A stretch of DNA of 64,000 nt, taken from assembly GCA_965216315.1 (NCBI GenBank), contig CBDCFN010000016.1, positions 192,001 through 256,000 on the forward strand. The letters run 5' to 3'. The notes under the pieces are model-generated. The model searched no databases, was not told where the DNA came from, and saw nothing but the letters and a program-made list of their open reading frames with translations. This DNA comes from a bacterium (GTDB lineage: Bacteria; UBA10199; 2-02-FULL-50-16; JAJFLM01). Positions 59,824 to 64,000 of this stretch are shown piece by piece (positions within the stretch are counted from its first letter, which is position 1; every line of letters starts with the position of its first letter). A program made the translations under genes and the position numbers.

Positions 59824-62800
59824 CTACGCTTTTTCGCGTTTGCGTTGCTCGCGCCAGTTGCGGAAGCGCCGGAAGATGTTGAGGAATCTTCCCAGGCGGG
59901 TGTACCAAGGAAGTGCCATCGGTGCTTGTGAGTCGGATAGAGCTAGGGCATCGACGAAGTATTCGACGCGGTTGCGGCCGTTACGCTTGGCGCGATACAG
60001 GACCGTATCGGCGTTGCTGATGGCAACGCTAAGCGATGTTTTCTTTTCCTTTACTTCGGAGAGCTCGTCGCCGCTACCATTGCCGCCGTTTTCGATGATG
60101 CGGAAGGGAGCGACGCCAAGGCTGACCGTGATATCTAGGGAGACAGGTTTTCCGCCGGCATTCGAAGTGATCGTATTCTGCATGATACGCTCGCGGATGC
60201 GCTCGGCCATTTTCTTGGCCCCTTCTGCGCCACAGTGGCGAGCGACGAGACAAAACTCTTCACCGCCGTAGCGGGACACGATATCGGTCGGGCGCGCTTC
60301 ATCACGGATCATGTCGGTGACCTGGCGGAGGACGTCGTCGCCGACGGGATGGCCGTGGTTGTTGTTGACACGGCTGAAGTGATCAATGTCGATCATGATA
60401 ACATAGTGTTCTTTAACTCTCCCATCCGGATAACGATCTTCGCCACGGGGGTTCAACATGCTCCGTTCCAGGACACCATTTTGACTCATCAGCTTACCAT
60501 AGGTTTCGAGCCCGGTTTTATCGTCGTGCTCGGAGTCATGGAGGTGGATCGAGGCAGCCGTTGCATGGATGTCGGCTAGATCCAGGGCTTCCGCCAATAA
60601 AGCACGGACGTGGGTCGGAACAGTGGGATCAAAGAGTATCGGTGACTGGCGCAGTTCTTTTAGCCGCCTGTGTTGGGCCTTTTTATGCTCGTCGGCTCTA
60701 ATTCGCTCTTCTTCGCTTTGCTCCGGCTCATTGCTAATCTTTTCAAGCTCCCCACTGCGCGCCAATTGATTGCTGAAGAGACGGGTAAAGCCTTCATAGT
60801 CAGGACGCAACGAGAAACGTAAGGGAAGCGATTCATGTGTTCGGCTATAACTATCGAAAAACTCGCGCCCAATGCGCGTGCGATCTTCTAAGAGAAATTC
60901 CAGCAGTTCCCAGGCGTGTTTGACTTCATTCAGTTCAGCCTGTTTGTCGGGAGAGAGGCTGATATTTCGTTCTTGGAGAAAGGCATCAAAATCTTCGAAG
61001 ACGCGACGCCGTACTTCGGGGGATTCAAAATCAAATCCAATGTAAGGCATGAATGTCATTCCCTGGTCGCGGGCTTTCATGTCGAGAGCGTTGACGCCGA
61101 GTTGATATAGGAAGGCAATGATGCGTTGCATGGCGCGCCGGCTCAGCCCCGCATCCGTGCTTTGTTTTTTACGCGCGGGGTCCATCTCAGTTCGGATGCT
61201 TTCCCCCCAGGCGACCCAGTGTTCGCCGGGTTGAGGTAATTTGGGGATCCAACCTTCGAGGCTGGTTGCCAACGTGCCGTCTTCGGCTGAAATTTCAGCA
61301 CTGATATGGACACCGTTGGTATTGAAGCGTTTGAGTTTTACGCGGCTGGTGACATGGCCGCGAATATCCGTTCCGAATGCGTCACGGATGTCGCGAACCG
61401 AGACACGGCGGTGAAACAATTCTTCGAGGAGTTGCTGGGTTTCGTCTGAGTCGAACGGAAGATCGAGTTCATCCCCGATATCGATATGTTCAATCCGAGG
61501 CGGTTCCGCTGTCTTGACAACGCGCCTTGTTGCTTCATCCCAGTTTTCTTTGTAGACAAACTGCCGAATCCACCGGGCAACTTGAGTCGAGCTGGACCGG
61601 CCGATTACAAAATACATCGCCTGTTTTATGTCAATTTTAGTCGGATCAGCCGTGGGTGTGCCGTTGAGATAAGCCGGGAACGAAGCGAGGCGCACATCAA
61701 ATCCCTTGTTGGCGAGTTGCCAGGCTCTTCGCTCGGCTTCTTCAAGCGTGTCGGTAAAGACATGGACTTCGCGGGCATGAGCTGGACGATCCGTCGGGCG
61801 AAACCAATGATTGAATATGGCTTGTGCTTCCTCAGGGTCATTTTCCCAGAGTTGCGGTATGACCTTGCCAATTTCGTGCAATAAACTCTCGACGTTACGA
61901 CCGCGACCGACCATTCGTGTAGGGGCACGCAATACAATGGGCGAATTACCGTTTTCAGTTGTGATCGGTCTGGTAATAAGGCGCAAACGATCCGTTGCGG
62001 TTTGCATCTGAGTGTTATCAAGTTGGGCACCCCGCGTTTTGTCAATATCCTTGAGGGCGCTGAGTATACGCACCAGGAGGTCCGGTGGAACGACGATGGG
62101 ACTAATCTGATTCGTCCTCCGTTGCTGACGTATATGGGCGTACTCTAGATTTTGAATTTCTTCGCTGAGATCCGCGTAAGGATAATAGCTATTAAAGGCC
62201 TGTTTGGTTTGTTCAAGTAAACGTCTTCGCGGTGCGTCGCCCAGATTGGTCCAATCACTGAAGCTTAATGCGAGTTGCCGGACCCACGGATATTTGGAGG
62301 CATCAATCGCGGGCAAGGCTATTTGGATATCGCGAATCAGTGTCGCGTTTTCGGCTAGAGTTGGCGTCATGGCAAGGGCGCGCCGGTATTGGTCAATTTC
62401 CGGTTGAAATTCTTCAAAGCCTTCGATCGGTCTGAGGAGCTGTTCGGCCATATCGAGGGTTAGGCGGCGGACGGCGACGGTCGTATGCGCCCAATTGCCT
62501 AGAAAACGAATGATTTCGATGGAATGAAATGCCCGGTCGAATTCTTTTGCAGTTGCATTTGGTCCCAGTTGCGCGCGCGTTCGAGCCTTCATCAATGTTT
62601 GGACGGCCGTATTGACTAGCGGCGGTACTTGGCGCGGACCTGAATAATCAGCCGCGGCGATATGCCGATCAATACGTTGTGCCAGCGGACTCAAGGGTTG
62701 GTGTCCGCGCAAAGTCGCATTGGTATCATCGAGCATCTGCGTGCGCGTCGACTGCGGCAATTGATTGATGGTGCCCAGCGCCGTGCTGAATGTCGCGAGA

Positions 62801-62868
62801 TTATTAATCAGTCCGACATTGGGTACACTGGTCGCAATCGAATAGGGTAGGGGCATGAGTTGTACCAT
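59824..62868 (-). CDS. 1014-aa GGDEF protein with long novel N-terminal region and possible GNAT-like domain
   Basis: MIDIDHF..VNNNHGHPVGD, RPTD I-site, RYGGEEF, AD..LYRAKRNGRNR; GLSRRAMQ...LGV..LDMKA...G..F....GFDF is GNAT-like. Confidence 0.85.
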   Translation of the reverse strand: MVQLMPLPYSIATSVPNVGLINNLATFSTALGTINQLPQSTRTQMLDDTNATLRGHQPLSPLAQRIDRHIAAADYSGPRQVPPLVNTAVQTLMKARTRAQLGPNATAKEFDRAFHSIEIIRFLGNWAHTTVAVRRLTLDMAEQLLRPIEGFEEFQPEIDQYRRALAMTPTLAENATLIRDIQIALPAIDASKYPWVRQLALSFSDWTNLGDAPRRRLLEQTKQAFNSYYPYADLSEEIQNLEYAHIRQQRRTNQISPIVVPPDLLVRILSALKDIDKTRGAQLDNTQMQTATDRLRLITRPITTENGNSPIVLRAPTRMVGRGRNVESLLHEIGKVIPQLWENDPEEAQAIFNHWFRPTDRPAHAREVHVFTDTLEEAERRAWQLANKGFDVRLASFPAYLNGTPTADPTKIDIKQAMYFVIGRSSSTQVARWIRQFVYKENWDEATRRVVKTAEPPRIEHIDIGDELDLPFDSDETQQLLEELFHRRVSVRDIRDAFGTDIRGHVTSRVKLKRFNTNGVHISAEISAEDGTLATSLEGWIPKLPQPGEHWVAWGESIRTEMDPARKKQSTDAGLSRRAMQRIIAFLYQLGVNALDMKARDQGMTFMPYIGFDFESPEVRRRVFEDFDAFLQERNISLSPDKQAELNEVKHAWELLEFLLEDRTRIGREFFDSYSRTHESLPLRFSLRPDYEGFTRLFSNQLARSGELEKISNEPEQSEEERIRADEHKKAQHRRLKELRQSPILFDPTVPTHVRALLAEALDLADIHATAASIHLHDSEHDDKTGLETYGKLMSQNGVLERSMLNPRGEDRYPDGRVKEHYVIMIDIDHFSRVNNNHGHPVGDDVLRQVTDMIRDEARPTDIVSRYGGEEFCLVARHCGAEGAKKMAERIRERIMQNTITSNAGGKPVSLDITVSLGVAPFRIIENGGNGSGDELSEVKEKKTSLSVAISNADTVLYRAKRNGRNRVEYFVDALALSDSQAPMALPWYTRLGRFLNIFRRFRNWREQRKREKA

Positions 62869-62874
62869 GGCCGC

Positions 62875-62901
62875 TTTTCGGCGTAAATTTGCGAAAGTTG
62901 T
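62875..62901 (-). promoter_or_regulatory. sigma28-like promoter 6 nt from the ATG (probably leaderless mRNA)
   Basis: Minus strand ACAAC-N14-GCCGAAAA-gcggcc-ATG. Confidence 0.65.
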
Positions 62902-63027
62902 GCGAATAGGGAGCTATATTTATCCAGATTCGCAGGGATTCGAAAAAAATGGCTCATTCAGCCTAAAAAAAGGGCAAATGTTCGAAAGTTTTTGAAAAAT
63001 AAGGTCTTTTTAGGGACTTTTCATGAG

Positions 63028-63054
63028 ACAACTTTTCTCGCCGGCGTCCGAAAC
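63028..63054 (+). promoter_or_regulatory. sigma28-like promoter 6 nt from the ATG (probably leaderless mRNA)
   Basis: ACAAC-N14-TCCGAAAC-ggacct-ATG. Confidence 0.6.
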
Positions 63055-63060
63055 GGACCT

Positions 63061-63834
63061 ATGAGCGTCTCTCTCCACGGCGTTTTCGTTGCCAATGCCC
63101 TGGTTCAGACCGGGGCCTATACGATGGCGCAGCAGGTGCAAAGCGCGGAGCCCAGCCTCGTGTCCCTCCTCCTGGGGAGAGACTTGCCGTCTCCTCATCA
63201 GACAATTTTTTTCACTTCCAATGCAGGCAATGGTTCCAGTGTACGCCAAAGCCATCACCCCTATCGTTCGCGTATTACGTCGGAATTTTATAGACTTGGG
63301 ATCGCCCGTGATGTGCTTGAATATGTTTTAGCGGGTGTTCAACAAACGGATAAAGACCACTTTATTTTAAGACATCGATTTGCTGATCGGCCAATGGTCT
63401 ATGAGGTGCGTGTTGGTGATGGCGACACGATGCCGTCGACAGCATTGGAAGGGGGGATCTATAATCCTGAAGAGGAACGCTTTTTTGGCGTTAAATTTCT
63501 GGCCCATGTTCATTCCCTGCGTCAGGGCATCATTCCATCGGGAAGAGACCTTCACTTGGCATCGATGTGGGCCTACTTTCATCCCGATGAGTGGATCAGT
63601 CACCTCGTGCTGGGAATCACTGCGGGGGAGCCGACCTTTGTCAAATTGCTCAGTCGCTATGACAGTGAAACAGATCGGACAGCGATGTCATTTGAGTTTG
63701 CGGTGAATTACCCAATGCAGGAGCGCCAGTCACTGCACTTACAGGTTGCACGTCGGTTGAACACGTTTATTGAAGAAAGGGATTCAACTGGCGCTCGCGA
63801 CCAATACTCGTCTCCGGCCCATGTCCGGGGATGA
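63061..63834 (+). CDS. Hypothetical protein with JAB/MPN-like metal-binding motif
   Basis: FLAHVHS...IPSGRDL (HxH-x8-S-xx-D); start MSVSLHG at 63061. Confidence 0.55.
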   Translation: MSVSLHGVFVANALVQTGAYTMAQQVQSAEPSLVSLLLGRDLPSPHQTIFFTSNAGNGSSVRQSHHPYRSRITSEFYRLGIARDVLEYVLAGVQQTDKDHFILRHRFADRPMVYEVRVGDGDTMPSTALEGGIYNPEEERFFGVKFLAHVHSLRQGIIPSGRDLHLASMWAYFHPDEWISHLVLGITAGEPTFVKLLSRYDSETDRTAMSFEFAVNYPMQERQSLHLQVARRLNTFIEERDSTGARDQYSSPAHVRG

Positions 63835-64000
63835 CAATAACTTCATCCGGTAAAGTGAGGAATTTCTTTTTGATTGAGGCAATTTCTTGGTTGTAGTCGC
63901 CTTTCCATAGATCGGTCCGGCCGATGCTGCCTGCAAAGAGCGTATCGCCCGGCATGAGGAGGCCGGCCTCGCGAAGGGCCGGAAAGAAAAAGGCGCAGGA
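63767..64000 (-). CDS. MBL-fold hydrolase (glyoxalase II/YcbL-like), 3' part only
   Basis: GDTLFAGSIGRTDL, LPDE.IVIPGHGPETSIGRERQLNPFL; frame stays open to the window edge. Confidence 0.9.
   Translation of the reverse strand, partial: SCAFFFPALREAGLLMPGDTLFAGSIGRTDLWKGDYNQEIASIKKKFLTLPDEVIVIPGHGPETSIGRERQLNPFLQ

Overview
A 64-kb bacterial chromosome segment with deltaproteobacterial-type gene content; the taxon cannot be fixed from sequence alone. The housekeeping backbone is gyrA, HU, an MMPL transporter, an aldehyde dehydrogenase, hpnO, the ftsK-lolA-comF-suhB operon, nfi, a patatin, xseA-xseB-ispA-[yjbQ, RuBisCO-like protein]-tlyA, an Opp/App-type ABC transporter, and glnK-amtB with a divergent sigma54 activator. 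Three things stand out. (1) Seven dispersed orphan-type proteins (an SF2 helicase operon with a 2399-aa giant protein, a 1157-aa protein, a GGDEF fusion and a JAB-like protein) share a charge-free N-terminal leader of at least 26 residues. Their transcription units also share an exactly spaced sigma28-like promoter, (A/G)CAAC-N14-[GT]nCGAWRM, which suggests a co-regulated, non-classically exported effector repertoire. (2) A form IV RuBisCO-like protein plus YjbQ occupy the slot normally held by dxs. (3) Several small palindromic elements are present: one in-frame within the RLP gene, and one forming a 47-aa mini-ORF that ends in a synonymously recoded copy of the upstream permease C-terminus. 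No rRNA, tRNA, CRISPR array, integrase or transposase was recognised. All family calls are from motif recognition, not database searches.
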